From NCBI GenBank assembly GCA_050015375.1, contig JBEKBN010000001.1, positions 34,683 through 98,682 on the forward strand: a DNA stretch of 64,000 nucleotides, read 5' to 3'. This DNA is from Minisyncoccia bacterium (GTDB taxonomy: Bacteria > Patescibacteriota > Minisyncoccia > 2-02-FULL-40-12 > IGHO2-01-FULL-4-A). Shown in pieces: positions 1 through 10,291 of the stretch. The notes below the pieces were generated by a model. The model made no database searches. It saw nothing but the letters and a program-made list of their open reading frames with translations, and was not told where the DNA came from. A program made the translations under genes and the position numbers. Positions within the stretch are counted from its first letter, which is position 1. Each line of letters opens with the position of its first letter.

Positions 1-653
1 TCATCAGCGGATCGAGGATCGCCGATACCAATAACAAGACCGTTTCCCGGGTTTTCGCTCTTGATACCAAAAACGGCATCATTGGTTATTACGACAAACG
101 GCTGCTTACGCCGGGCGGCGAATTTCTTCCTTACGCGTTCAAATTCGCCCTGAACCTTTCCGCCAAAGGCAAGATAAGCGCCTTCGGCCAAGCCAGGGAA
201 TTCAGCATCGGTGAAAATAAAAAAACAAATTTCGCGCTCGGTGGAAAATTTACAGTCGCGCCCGTGGTTTGCTCGGAAATCATGTCGCCAGACATTGTCA
301 GAAAGAACTCGAACGGCAAAGACGTCATCGTCGCCATGGCCAGCATGGCGATCTATCACGGCGCCAAAGATAATATTTCGGAAGTTTTGGCCGTTTCACG
401 TTTTCGGGCTGCCGAAAACCAAAAACCGCTTCTCTTATCAGCCAATATGGGGCTCTCTTACGCCATTGACGGCCGGGGAGTAGTCCAGAAGATCACTACC
501 GACGAACAGCCCCAGATATTAACAGGAGATATGGACATTGGCCAAGGAAAATCGTGGTATAATGGATATGGCAATTGGCCGGCATTGATTGCGGCCGGTT
601 TGGGCGTGGTAGCGTTAATTTTTATGAACAAAAAACATGTCAAATCGTCTTAA
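1..653 (+). CDS. lnt: Apolipoprotein N-acyltransferase (CN-hydrolase domain), 5'-truncated by the window
   Basis: Frame open from the window edge; YDKRLLTPGGEFLPY, VCSE (nitrilase Cys), SANMGLSYAID and C-terminal TM segment. Confidence 0.8.
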   Translation, partial: ISGSRIADTNNKTVSRVFALDTKNGIIGYYDKRLLTPGGEFLPYAFKFALNLSAKGKISAFGQAREFSIGENKKTNFALGGKFTVAPVVCSEIMSPDIVRKNSNGKDVIVAMASMAIYHGAKDNISEVLAVSRFRAAENQKPLLLSANMGLSYAIDGRGVVQKITTDEQPQILTGDMDIGQGKSWYNGYGNWPALIAAGLGVVALIFMNKKHVKSS

Positions 654-1671
654 AATCGTTTTGGGCATTCTGGTTTTCATAACCGGCTTTTTGGTTATCC
701 GGGTTGGCTCCGTCCTGACAAGCAAAGTCAAGCTCGCCGACACCACCGCCAGTATTGCCGGCGCCATCAGCAATAACGGCGACTTCACGCCGGTGGACCC
801 GATGACCGTCGATTCCGATCATGATGGCCTTCCGGATCGGGAGGAAATAATTTACGGCACCGACCCTAATAATCCCGACACCGACGGTGACGGTTTTACG
901 GATGGCGAAGAGGTAGCGGCCGGCACTGATCCATTGGATCCGAATGACAACATAGCGACTAGAAAAGCCGGCACCAGCACCGGCAGTTTATCCTTGGTCT
1001 CACCCACGGCGAATTTGACCGACCGCCTCTTGAATACGGGCCTGGCATCTTTGATAGATGATTCGGGCAATCTGAATCCTGACGCCATGACCGACCAAAA
1101 ATACGCCGATATTTTAAATACTATAAACGCCGCCGCCGCCGCCGGACTCGCGCCGACGACGATCGCTGATAGCGACATCAAGATCATTAGCGACAACAGC
1201 CCGGCGGCCATTACCAAATACATCAACACCGTTTCTTCAATAATTGAAGAAGGAATATTTGGTCCCACCGGCGCGATGATAACCGGTACGTCCGACGACA
1301 TCATCGGTTTATCCCAAAATGAAAATTATTATCAAAATAAATATAACGCCTTGAAAGTCATTGAGGTGCCGTCGTCGTGGAAGGAAATAGACAAAACGAC
1401 TTTGACCAGTTTGCAATCTTTGGCCAATGCTACCAAAGCTCTCACACCCGATGCAATAAATTCCGACCCGGTCATGGCTAGTTATGCTTTGAATCAACTC
1501 CAGAACGCATTTTTAACCCTAACTGACTTGATCAGCCAAGCATGCAGTTTGGCCCAATCCCAGAATGTCCCGATCAAGGATTCAATTTTTGATATGCTGA
1601 AAGCCGTCAATGTATCGGCTTCTCCGACACCTCAGATTTCTGCAACACCTCAAGTTTCTCCGATACCATAA
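637..1671 (+). CDS. Membrane-anchored protein with thrombospondin type 3-like Ca-binding repeats
   Basis: N-terminal TM; DSDHDGLPDREE and DPNNPDTDGDGFTDGEEV motifs. Confidence 0.7.
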   Translation: MSNRLKIVLGILVFITGFLVIRVGSVLTSKVKLADTTASIAGAISNNGDFTPVDPMTVDSDHDGLPDREEIIYGTDPNNPDTDGDGFTDGEEVAAGTDPLDPNDNIATRKAGTSTGSLSLVSPTANLTDRLLNTGLASLIDDSGNLNPDAMTDQKYADILNTINAAAAAGLAPTTIADSDIKIISDNSPAAITKYINTVSSIIEEGIFGPTGAMITGTSDDIIGLSQNENYYQNKYNALKVIEVPSSWKEIDKTTLTSLQSLANATKALTPDAINSDPVMASYALNQLQNAFLTLTDLISQACSLAQSQNVPIKDSIFDMLKAVNVSASPTPQISATPQVSPIP

Positions 1672-1677
1672 TAAGCT

Positions 1678-3060
1678 ATGGCCAAATTTAAAAAAATCTT
1701 CGCTTCAGTTGTCATCGCCTTTTTGATTTTTGATCTCCTAGTAATTTCATCGAAAAATGCCCAGGCTGCTGCTTTTATCGGTGACCCTTTGGAATTCACC
1801 AAACAATACATAATTTACCCTCTCGTCAGAGCAATTGCCAATTCGTTTGAAAGTATTCTTATCAACAAACTCAATCAACAGATAATCGGCGCTAACGGCG
1901 CCGTGCCATCGTTCATCACCAACTGGCGCAACCATCTTTTGGATTCCGAGGCCCGAGGCAATGATGTTTTCCGCTCGGTTCTGGCTGATGCAAATATCTG
2001 CGGTTTTATGTCGAGTAACATTAAGACGGCTTTCGGCGCCGATCTGTTCGCCGGTTCGATCGCCGGCGCGACCGTGAAGGACGCCAGCGGCAAAGTCGTC
2101 TACACCAACGAGACCAATGTGCCGGGCATGGCCTCTTTCCAGGAATCGGCGAAGTGTACCCTGCCGGCAAATTTTGATGTCAATGCCTTCAATCAGGATT
2201 TTTCTAAAGGCGGCTGGGCGGCCTGGGATCAAATGCTTGAGCCCCAGAACAATCTTTTCGGCATCTACACAATGGCTTTGGGTGAACAGCAAGCTCAGAT
2301 CGCCACCGAGCAAACCTCGACTATGAACTCGGCTGTCGCCGGCAATGGATTTTTGTCAAGCAAGTTGGGCAATGCCGTGGGTTCGGCTCTAGGAGTAAGC
2401 GGATCAGCTACCGGGCCGACCGGTTGCGTTGACACGGCCGGAACCCTGTCCGGTGGGGTCCAGGGCCCTACCATGACTACCCGTTGCACCTTCATGGGTA
2501 AGGATGTTACGCCAGGTTTTCTTAAAGCTGGCGGCGCCGGTTCGGCGATAGGCACAAAAATCGGCCAACCTCAAGCAGCTAAAGAAATTACGGATGTTGT
2601 GTTGAGTCTTTTTAATGACGTGCTTAAGGTGGTCGCGGACGCGACCGGCTCGGTTGGCAACTATCTGGGTCAAGCATCATACGACGCGACTGTCGGCTCC
2701 TTACCTGGCTTTAGCGAAACCCAGAAACAAGCCGGCGCCAGCGACACCCAGATCAATCAGGTCCAGCAACAGGTCAATCAAACCTCGGCTCAACTCGGTC
2801 AAAAAGAAAGCGCTACGGCAAGCGCCGCCAGTGGCACTTGCAGTTCGACTTGCATGGCTACCAAAGCGACGACCTGCACAACTAACAACCAGGTCACCAC
2901 TTGCAACCCAGTGACCGATCCCGTAACCGGCCAGACAACACAAAGTTGCCAGACCAGCACCGACCCAACCGGCTACAACGCCTGCATGGCCCAAGCCCAG
3001 ACCGATTGTAACGCTCAATGCCCGGTCGTGCCTACAGTAAGTATTCCGCCTCCGCCCTAA
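1678..3060 (+). CDS. Secreted protein of the T4SS-like locus with Cys-rich C-terminus
   Basis: Signal peptide ending AQA; 460 aa ORF; Cys cluster in the last 80 aa. Confidence 0.7.
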   Translation: MAKFKKIFASVVIAFLIFDLLVISSKNAQAAAFIGDPLEFTKQYIIYPLVRAIANSFESILINKLNQQIIGANGAVPSFITNWRNHLLDSEARGNDVFRSVLADANICGFMSSNIKTAFGADLFAGSIAGATVKDASGKVVYTNETNVPGMASFQESAKCTLPANFDVNAFNQDFSKGGWAAWDQMLEPQNNLFGIYTMALGEQQAQIATEQTSTMNSAVAGNGFLSSKLGNAVGSALGVSGSATGPTGCVDTAGTLSGGVQGPTMTTRCTFMGKDVTPGFLKAGGAGSAIGTKIGQPQAAKEITDVVLSLFNDVLKVVADATGSVGNYLGQASYDATVGSLPGFSETQKQAGASDTQINQVQQQVNQTSAQLGQKESATASAASGTCSSTCMATKATTCTTNNQVTTCNPVTDPVTGQTTQSCQTSTDPTGYNACMAQAQTDCNAQCPVVPTVSIPPPP

Positions 3061-3067
3061 GACCTAA

Positions 3068-5230
3068 ATGCGACTATTTAAAATAAGCAAAAAAATCATT
3101 CCGATAATAGTCATCGTCGCGATGCTGATTTTGATTTTGCCCCAGCATCAAGCGAAGGCGGATCTTCCGGGCCTTGGTAGCATGGCAATAGGCGGCGTCG
3201 CGAGTTGGATAATGAACACAATCATCACAGGAGTGGGTACAGCGATTAGTTGGTCAGCTGGGCTTTTGGATTCTTTCATCGGCATGACTTCTTTTAACCC
3301 CCCATCCCAAGTTCAGGACAGTTGGAAAATGATTCGTGATTTCGTAAACATGTTTTTTATCCTGGTTCTGGTTATTATGGCATTCGGCACGATATTCGAT
3401 CTCCAAAAATATAACTATAAAACATTACTTTCGAGTTTTCTAATTGCTGCGATTTTTGTGAATTTTAGCTATGCAATCGGCATTTATATCTGGAACATCT
3501 CCAATGGCCTCGCTCATATTTTTTTGAGCACGATTCAGGGCGCAAGTAACCAAAGCGTGAGCGCAATCCTTGGCAACGGGCTAAGCTTGGGTCATTTTGT
3601 GACTTGGAACGGAGGCAATGCCGTAAATATCAGCGGCATTTCCAGCACGACAAGCATCGGGGCAGGTTCACCAATAATTACTTCCGTCTTCTTTATAGTA
3701 TTTTTAGTGATGGCTTTGATGGCAATCTTGTCGGCCGCTATTTTTGCTTTCATCAGAATCCCGTTCATCTGGTTCTTTCTTATCATTTCTCCAATCGCAT
3801 GGTTAAGTTATGCCCTGCCTAGCATGCGAAGCGCCGGTTGGAGCAAATGGTGGAAAAATTTTTTAGGCTGGTGTTTCTTTTTGCCGATTTATCTTTTTTT
3901 CCTGATGTTCGCCGTGATTTTTATTCATGTCAAGGACTCGAAAATTACCGAGATCGCAAAACAGCAGGCATTTTTGGCAGGCCCGCAGGCGCAATATGGC
4001 AACACTATGGCTGGGTTATTCCAGGCCATCGGTTTGAACGATATCTTCTTTTTTGTCGTAACGATTATTATCATGGTTTACGGATTGGCCATGGCGAAAA
4101 CGGTTGCCTTCGCGGGTGGTAGCCGAGCCATGAAAATTTTCGGTGGCATTGAGAACGGGGTCAAGCGCTACTTCCCGGGTTCGAGAACGGCACGAGGTAT
4201 ATACGCAGGTGCAAAGCAGGGATATGAGGCCAGAGTCGAAAGAGCCAAGACCGAGGGCGTTGGTTTTGGACGATTTAGAATTGGCGGTGAGAGTAAACTA
4301 AAAGGGACAATTGCCGAAATGGGCGGTTTTGGTGAAAGAGGGGCCAGAGAAAAACAGTTCGCCGCCGAAGTTAAAAAATTAAAAGAATCGATGGCAAATA
4401 TCGGCGATATCGAGCGTATCAGAAAAATGTCTCAGTCTGGCTCGGCTTACCAACAGCTTGCTGCAGCCGAAATACTCAGAGAAAGAAATGCGATGTCCGG
4501 CCAGGAGATGATTGATACGTACAAAAAATACCGAGAGAATAAGGCGTATGTTTCCGCGACTAGATTTATCAGTAGTGTAGACTTCAAGGATCTATCTGGG
4601 GAAGAAAGACGTGCCATCAACGCGAATCTGAATGTTACAGATCTTGAAGCTAAAAGAAAAATCGCCAAAGTCATGGCAGAAAAGGGCGACTTTAAGGCAC
4701 CACTGGGAACACCGGATAATATGAAAGTTCAAGCCGTCGCCGACCAGATTACTAAGGCCGCCGAATTGTTTGCTACGGCTGGGGACAGATTGGATATCTT
4801 GCAGAAAGCGAAGAAAGGTAACATCGAAGCAGCTGCTATAGCCACTGTTAATCTTAAGATACAGGATAAGGATGGGAATATTATTAAAACCACCGATGAC
4901 GCTATCACTAAGCTATTCATTGATTCTATCAGAAAAGCAAAGGTTGACGATATGATCGATCTTTCAAAGGAAACCCTCGCGAATGAGGAAGTAAAAAAGA
5001 TAATTCTGGATAAATTAGACAGAGATTTTCGGACAAAAAATGATTTTATGAATCGAGCAACTGATAAACAAAAAATGGCATTGGGTCTTCCTACTGGCCA
5101 ACAACCACCGCAGACATTCAATGTGGGCGAGGGAATTAGTAGCAATGTGGAACGAGACGGAAATCCGAAAGTAATTCTCGCTTCCGAAAATAATGTCATC
5201 GACCTCCGCAATAAATCTGGCGATGATTAA
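3068..5230 (+). CDS. VirB6/TrbL-like polytopic membrane protein with long charged C-terminal tail
   Basis: WKMIRDFVNMFFILVLV, AAIFVNFS, IISPIAW...WSKWW motifs; adjacent to PrgI/VirB4. Confidence 0.7.
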   Translation: MRLFKISKKIIPIIVIVAMLILILPQHQAKADLPGLGSMAIGGVASWIMNTIITGVGTAISWSAGLLDSFIGMTSFNPPSQVQDSWKMIRDFVNMFFILVLVIMAFGTIFDLQKYNYKTLLSSFLIAAIFVNFSYAIGIYIWNISNGLAHIFLSTIQGASNQSVSAILGNGLSLGHFVTWNGGNAVNISGISSTTSIGAGSPIITSVFFIVFLVMALMAILSAAIFAFIRIPFIWFFLIISPIAWLSYALPSMRSAGWSKWWKNFLGWCFFLPIYLFFLMFAVIFIHVKDSKITEIAKQQAFLAGPQAQYGNTMAGLFQAIGLNDIFFFVVTIIIMVYGLAMAKTVAFAGGSRAMKIFGGIENGVKRYFPGSRTARGIYAGAKQGYEARVERAKTEGVGFGRFRIGGESKLKGTIAEMGGFGERGAREKQFAAEVKKLKESMANIGDIERIRKMSQSGSAYQQLAAAEILRERNAMSGQEMIDTYKKYRENKAYVSATRFISSVDFKDLSGEERRAINANLNVTDLEAKRKIAKVMAEKGDFKAPLGTPDNMKVQAVADQITKAAELFATAGDRLDILQKAKKGNIEAAAIATVNLKIQDKDGNIIKTTDDAITKLFIDSIRKAKVDDMIDLSKETLANEEVKKIILDKLDRDFRTKNDFMNRATDKQKMALGLPTGQQPPQTFNVGEGISSNVERDGNPKVILASENNVIDLRNKSGDD

Positions 5231-5234
5231 AATT

Positions 5235-5260
5235 AAAAAAGCGCGATTTGTCGCGCTTGT
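5235..5260. terminator. Hairpin between convergent genes
   Basis: AAAAAAGCGCGA-TTTG-TCGCGCTT. Confidence 0.5.
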
Positions 5261-5288
5261 CAGTTTGTTCGCTTCTTCTTGAGCGGGT

Positions 5289-5912
5289 TTAAGCTCTCCT
5301 GTAGTTTAGCACATAACGAACAAGGTCTTTTATATAAGTATCTGAAACTTCACATCCTTTATATTCCTGAAATAGCACTCCGCCATACCACCCATTTTCT
5401 GGTCGCCTCCCCCTGAAACCACGCTTATGGACGCAAACCTCAAAATAAAAAGACCTTTGATCGGAATTATAGATAATATGGACAAGCCTATCCCTAAAAC
5501 GAGTGCTCGGGTCAAAGAGTAGATAACACTCTGAAACAGTCCATTGTTTATCCAGATTTTTTCCGTATACCTTGCTCTCGGTTCGAATTTCCATTCCGGA
5601 GTTAAGTTCTGATTCGATTAACTTCTTGACCCTGAGAGCGACCGGTTTAACTATTTGGAGATTGGGCTCATTTTCATATTTTTCTTGTAGTTTTTCAGAT
5701 TCCCTATGCTCTGTCTCTCTGTCTCGCCGCCTTTTTTCTTCTTCCCGTAGCTGTTCTTCGCGCTGTTCTTGTTTTTCTTGTAACAAATAAGCCCTATAGC
5801 CCTCCTGTTGACCCTCCCACTCTTCTCGGCTTTGGAATAAGCCTGGCGACGAACCGGGCTGATGTCCTCTAAGACCCCTTTCGTATCCATCGGTTTTCTT
5901 AGACATATTCAC
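5289..5912 (-). CDS. Hypothetical protein with a coiled-coil N-terminal half
   Basis: 207 aa ORF with AGGAG upstream; E/R/Q-rich segment. Confidence 0.6.
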   Translation of the reverse strand: MNMSKKTDGYERGLRGHQPGSSPGLFQSREEWEGQQEGYRAYLLQEKQEQREEQLREEEKRRRDRETEHRESEKLQEKYENEPNLQIVKPVALRVKKLIESELNSGMEIRTESKVYGKNLDKQWTVSECYLLFDPSTRFRDRLVHIIYNSDQRSFYFEVCVHKRGFRGRRPENGWYGGVLFQEYKGCEVSDTYIKDLVRYVLNYRRA

Positions 5913-5992
5913 ACTCCTTTTGGTTGTTTTCTGCTATAATTGTATAGGTGCTGACTGTCTAGGACACTAACAGGGCCTGATAATTAAGTCAA

Positions 5993-6316
5993 ATGCGTTT
6001 TCAAGTTCCACAATTCATCGAGACCGAGACCAAGCTCGTCGGGCCGCTCACGCTCAGGCAGTTTATATACATCGGCGCCGGGGCGCTGATAATTTTCCTT
6101 CTCCGGTATGTTCTTACCAGCGTTTTTTTGTGGATCATGGCGGACATTCCCATCGGCGCTCTGGCCGCCGGTCTGGCGTTCTACAAAATTGACAGCGTGC
6201 CGTTGCCCCGCTATCTGGTGTCGGCGACAAGTTTTCTTTTCGGCGGCAAAAAATATATTTATAAAAAAGAACCGCCGGATAATTCCGATGTAAATCAACT
6301 CTTGAATAAAAATTAA
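5993..6316 (+). CDS. PrgI family protein (VirB3-like)
   Basis: MRFQVPQFIETETKLVGPLTLRQFIY followed by 2 TMs. Confidence 0.85.
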   Translation: MRFQVPQFIETETKLVGPLTLRQFIYIGAGALIIFLLRYVLTSVFLWIMADIPIGALAAGLAFYKIDSVPLPRYLVSATSFLFGGKKYIYKKEPPDNSDVNQLLNKN

Positions 6317-6317
6317 A

Positions 6318-6968
6318 ATGCCGCCAAACACCAAACCAGACAATAAAATAGCCACGACCAAGGATTTCGTCCAGATCGCCGATATCCGCGATTCGGTTTT
6401 GATCTTAAAAGACGGCGGTTTGAAATCTCTCATCGAGGTCAATTCGATGAACTTCGAGCTCAAATCAGCCGACGAGCAGACGGCTATTATTCAGTCGTTC
6501 CAGAATTTCGTGAACTCGCTGGATTTTTCTCTCCAGATCGTGGTCAATTCCCGAAAACTCGATCTCAAGCCCTATTTGAAATTCGTTGACGGCATCATCG
6601 CCGAGCAGAAAAACGAGCTTTTGAAGATCCAGGCCATTGATTACAGCCGGCTCCTGACCGGCCTGACCGAACTCTCCAACATTATGGAAAAAAAGTTCTA
6701 CGTCGTGGTGCCGTTTTTCGGCGTCGAGACGCCAAAGACCAAAGCCGGTTTTCTCAGCGCTTTCAAGGGCGTTCTGACGCCATCGGAATTTGCCAAAGCG
6801 ATCAGCGATGAGCAATTCCAGACCTACAAAACTCAGCTCGACCAACGAATAGAACTTATCGCCGGCGGCATCAGCGCTCTGGGACTTGAGGCCAAAGTTC
6901 TCAAAGATGACGAACTGAAAAAACTTTTCTATTCATATTACAATCCCGGGCAACATCTGGAAGCGTAA
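6318..6968 (+). CDS. T4SS-associated protein resembling the VirB4/TraC N-terminal region
   Basis: NFELKSADEQ...FVNSLDFSLQIVVNSRKLD; lies between PrgI and VirB4. Confidence 0.7.
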   Translation: MPPNTKPDNKIATTKDFVQIADIRDSVLILKDGGLKSLIEVNSMNFELKSADEQTAIIQSFQNFVNSLDFSLQIVVNSRKLDLKPYLKFVDGIIAEQKNELLKIQAIDYSRLLTGLTELSNIMEKKFYVVVPFFGVETPKTKAGFLSAFKGVLTPSEFAKAISDEQFQTYKTQLDQRIELIAGGISALGLEAKVLKDDELKKLFYSYYNPGQHLEA

Positions 6969-6983
6969 AACTCAAAACGAAAC

Positions 6984-8753
6984 ATGCCATTTTTCGGAAA
7001 GAAAAAAGAAAAAGTTCAGGAAGATACCGCCAAGAAAACCTTCGACGATATTTTGGCGCCTTCGGCGATAAATCTTTCGGCAAATTACATCCAGATCGGC
7101 GACAAATTCGCTCGGACCTTGTTTGTCATCACTTATCCGAGATACCTCAATACCAATTGGTTCTCGCCGATAATCAACATGGACCAGCCGATGGATATTT
7201 CTATTTTCATTCACCCCTTGGACACCGGCGTTATTTTGAAAAAATTACGTGACAAGCTTGGACGCCTTGAAGCCGAGGTCATGGAAGACGAGTCGGCCGG
7301 CAAGGTCCGCGATCCGGTCAAGGAAACGGCGGTCAACGACATTGAGGAGCTTCGCGACAAACTCCAGCAGGGCACCGACAGGTTTTTCGAATTCGGTTTG
7401 TATGTCACGCTTTATGGCGACTCGGTCAAGGAACTTGACGAAGTTGAGAATAAAGTTCGGGCGATTCTGGACGCCCAATTGGTCTACACTAAGCCGGCGA
7501 CTTTCCGGATGAAAGAAGGTTTTTTCTCGACCATGCCTTTGAGCAACGACCAGTTGGATGTCCATACTTCGCTTAATACCGAACCGGTTTCTTCGCTGTT
7601 CCCGTTCGTCTCTTACGACCTGACCACCGACAAAGGGATACTTTACGGCGTCAATTCGCATAACAATTCTCTGGTGCTTTTCGACCGGTTCAGTTTGGAA
7701 AATTACAACATGGTCGTCTTCGGTAAATCCGGCGGCGGCAAATCCTACGCCGTTAAATTGGAGATAATGAGAAGTTTGATGCTTGGCGTTCAGGTGTTCG
7801 TTATTGATCCTGAGAATGAATTCAAATATCTTGCCGATACCGTCGGCGGCACTTCAATAAAAATATCCATTTCGTCAGAGGACCACATCAATCCTTTCGA
7901 CCTGCCCAAACCCCAGCCAGACGAATCGCCGGCCGATGTTTTGCGTTCACATATTTTGGACCTGATCGGGCTTTTGAAACTGATGCTTGGCACGATCACT
8001 TCCGACGAGGAAGCTATTCTTGACGAAGCCGTCATTCAGACCTATGCCATCAAAGATATCACCCAAAATTCCGATTTTTCCAGCGCCACGCCACCTCTCA
8101 TGTCCGATCTCTTGAGCGTGCTTGAAGGCATGACCGGCGCCCAGTCGCTGGCTGTCCGGCTGAAAAAATATACCGAGGGCAGTTTCGCCGGTTTTTTGAA
8201 CAACCCGACCAATGTCCGGCTTGATAATCAGTTGGTCGTTTTCGGCATCCGCGACATGGAGGAAGAGTTGCGGCCGGTGGCGATGTATCTGGTTCTAAAT
8301 TACATCTGGGCTCAAGTCCGGAGCGACATAAGAAAAAGATTGCTGGCGGTGGATGAGGCCTGGGTTTTGCTGAAATACGAGGTTGGCGGCGCTTTTCTTC
8401 TCAATATCGCCAAAAGGGCCAGGAAATATTATCTGGGCCTGACGACTATCTCCCAGGACATTCCCGATTTCATGAATTCGGCTTACGGCAAACCGATCGT
8501 CACCAACTCATCGCTCCAATTGCTTTTGCGCCAGTCGCCGGCTTCCATTGACCTTGTCCAACAAACATTCAATCTGACCGATTCCGAGAAATTTTTCCTG
8601 TTGGAATCGCGAGTCGGCCACGGGCTTTTCTTCGCCGGCCAGAATCATGTCGCTCTCCAGGTCGTTTCTTCTTACGCCGAAGACCAGGTCATTACTTCCG
8701 ACCCGCGCCAACTGGCCGACATCGAAGAGGCCAAAAAAGAACTAGAAAAGTAG
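6984..8753 (+). CDS. virB4: VirB4-like type IV secretion ATPase
   Basis: Walker A GKSGGGKS, IDPENE, Walker B VDEAW, RARKY. Confidence 0.9.
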   Translation: MPFFGKKKEKVQEDTAKKTFDDILAPSAINLSANYIQIGDKFARTLFVITYPRYLNTNWFSPIINMDQPMDISIFIHPLDTGVILKKLRDKLGRLEAEVMEDESAGKVRDPVKETAVNDIEELRDKLQQGTDRFFEFGLYVTLYGDSVKELDEVENKVRAILDAQLVYTKPATFRMKEGFFSTMPLSNDQLDVHTSLNTEPVSSLFPFVSYDLTTDKGILYGVNSHNNSLVLFDRFSLENYNMVVFGKSGGGKSYAVKLEIMRSLMLGVQVFVIDPENEFKYLADTVGGTSIKISISSEDHINPFDLPKPQPDESPADVLRSHILDLIGLLKLMLGTITSDEEAILDEAVIQTYAIKDITQNSDFSSATPPLMSDLLSVLEGMTGAQSLAVRLKKYTEGSFAGFLNNPTNVRLDNQLVVFGIRDMEEELRPVAMYLVLNYIWAQVRSDIRKRLLAVDEAWVLLKYEVGGAFLLNIAKRARKYYLGLTTISQDIPDFMNSAYGKPIVTNSSLQLLLRQSPASIDLVQQTFNLTDSEKFFLLESRVGHGLFFAGQNHVALQVVSSYAEDQVITSDPRQLADIEEAKKELEK

Positions 8754-8762
8754 GCACGCATC

Positions 8763-9155
8763 ATGGCTTACGAAGACGAAGTTCAAATGCAATTGGCGGC
8801 AGATCGCGCTCGTCAACAAAAAGCAGAAGAGGAATCTGCCCGCCAGCAATCAGCACCCGAACAAAAACCGATGGGCTGGGGTGTTTTTTTAATTAGTTTG
8901 GTTTTGAGTTTGATTGCCGATCTCTGTGAGATTTCGATCGTGGCCGCGCCACTTGTTCTTTTCATTGATGTCATCCTCGGTTTTATTCTTGGATTTTCAG
9001 CCGGCGCCAGAAAGCAATGGAAAAAATGGATAGCTGGTTTTTTACCGATCCCTTTGGTAAGAGTTGCTCTGTTGATCTGGGCGTTTGTTTCGTCCCGAAG
9101 TGAAAAATTACAAGCGATCTCCAATATCGCCTCGAAGGTCGCACCAAAAGTATGA
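8763..9155 (+). CDS. Hypothetical membrane protein
   Basis: 130 aa, hydrophobic core; ATGA overlap with the next gene. Confidence 0.6.
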   Translation: MAYEDEVQMQLAADRARQQKAEEESARQQSAPEQKPMGWGVFLISLVLSLIADLCEISIVAAPLVLFIDVILGFILGFSAGARKQWKKWIAGFLPIPLVRVALLIWAFVSSRSEKLQAISNIASKVAPKV

Positions 9156-10228
9156 GATTGAAATCACTGATCATTTTTGTATCAATATTCGTAATCGCCA
9201 TGATTTCTTTTGGTATTGGTTTCTCTATCCTCAACAAACCGCCGGATTCCTCCAATCTCGCCGACTTGTCGCTGGCGGGGAATCCTTTGATAAACCGGTT
9301 CGTCTCCGACGCGCCCGAAATTACCGTCAAGCCGACCGGGGCGGTCAAGTTATCAAACGACACCGGTGAATATTCGATCCTCTCGCCCGACAAAAACAAC
9401 CTCCTTTTTTACGAGCCCCAAACCGGTCAGATACATTCGATAGACATCGCGTCATCGCTTGAAGGCAACGTCGTCGGCTCGACGCCGGCTTATCAATTAA
9501 AACCCGGCCTCACAAATTTGATCTGGTCCAGCGACCGGAACGAAATTATCGCCACGGGTCCGAAAGGATTCGTATATTATGACCTCAAAAATATCAAGAC
9601 GGTAAATCTCGACGCCGACATTAACCAAATCGTTTTCAAAAATGGTTCGTCGGTTCCCGGCGAAGCCGATATCGCTTATATGTCCGTCTCGCCCGACACC
9701 AATGTCGGCGGGATCTATATCCTCAACGCCGCCACCGGTGAAAAGAAAAAGATCTTCAACATCCAAACCGACAACTGGCAGATAAGTTGGCCGACAGATA
9801 GCAAGATCGGCCTTATGATAAACGGAGGTTTGTTTTTGCTCGATATTGCCTCCGGAGAATTGCAAAGAATGGATCAGAAATATTCCGCCGACGAAGTCAG
9901 CTGGTCGCCGGATGGAAAAAAATTGATCTATTCTTCCCAAAACAAACTCTACTTTTTGGACATTGCTTCCGGTCGCGAGACGGACCTTGATCTCGTCGCC
10001 AGTCCTTCGGATTGCGTCTGGGGTTCATTAGGAGCGGTTTATTGCATCACGGTTGATTCGTTCGTATCCTTCAACTCATTGGTCATGACGCCTGAGCTGG
10101 TGGCTGTTGCCGCTAATCCGTTTGGTCCCGCTGTCGCCGAGCTTAGCGTGGATAGCGCCGCCGGTTATTTGGTGTTCAGAGAAACCGGCTCGAATAAGTT
10201 TTATGGTATTTATTTCACCCCATGGTGA
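9152..10228 (+). CDS. Membrane-anchored beta-propeller (TolB/WD40-like) protein
   Basis: N-terminal TM; repeated WSSD, WPTD, WSPDGKKL blades. Confidence 0.7.
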   Translation: MRLKSLIIFVSIFVIAMISFGIGFSILNKPPDSSNLADLSLAGNPLINRFVSDAPEITVKPTGAVKLSNDTGEYSILSPDKNNLLFYEPQTGQIHSIDIASSLEGNVVGSTPAYQLKPGLTNLIWSSDRNEIIATGPKGFVYYDLKNIKTVNLDADINQIVFKNGSSVPGEADIAYMSVSPDTNVGGIYILNAATGEKKKIFNIQTDNWQISWPTDSKIGLMINGGLFLLDIASGELQRMDQKYSADEVSWSPDGKKLIYSSQNKLYFLDIASGRETDLDLVASPSDCVWGSLGAVYCITVDSFVSFNSLVMTPELVAVAANPFGPAVAELSVDSAAGYLVFRETGSNKFYGIYFTPW

Positions 10229-10291
10229 AACTTCCAGTTGCGCCTTTGGCGCATCATGCCGAAGGCATTTCTGGAAGTTCTACTACGGGGT

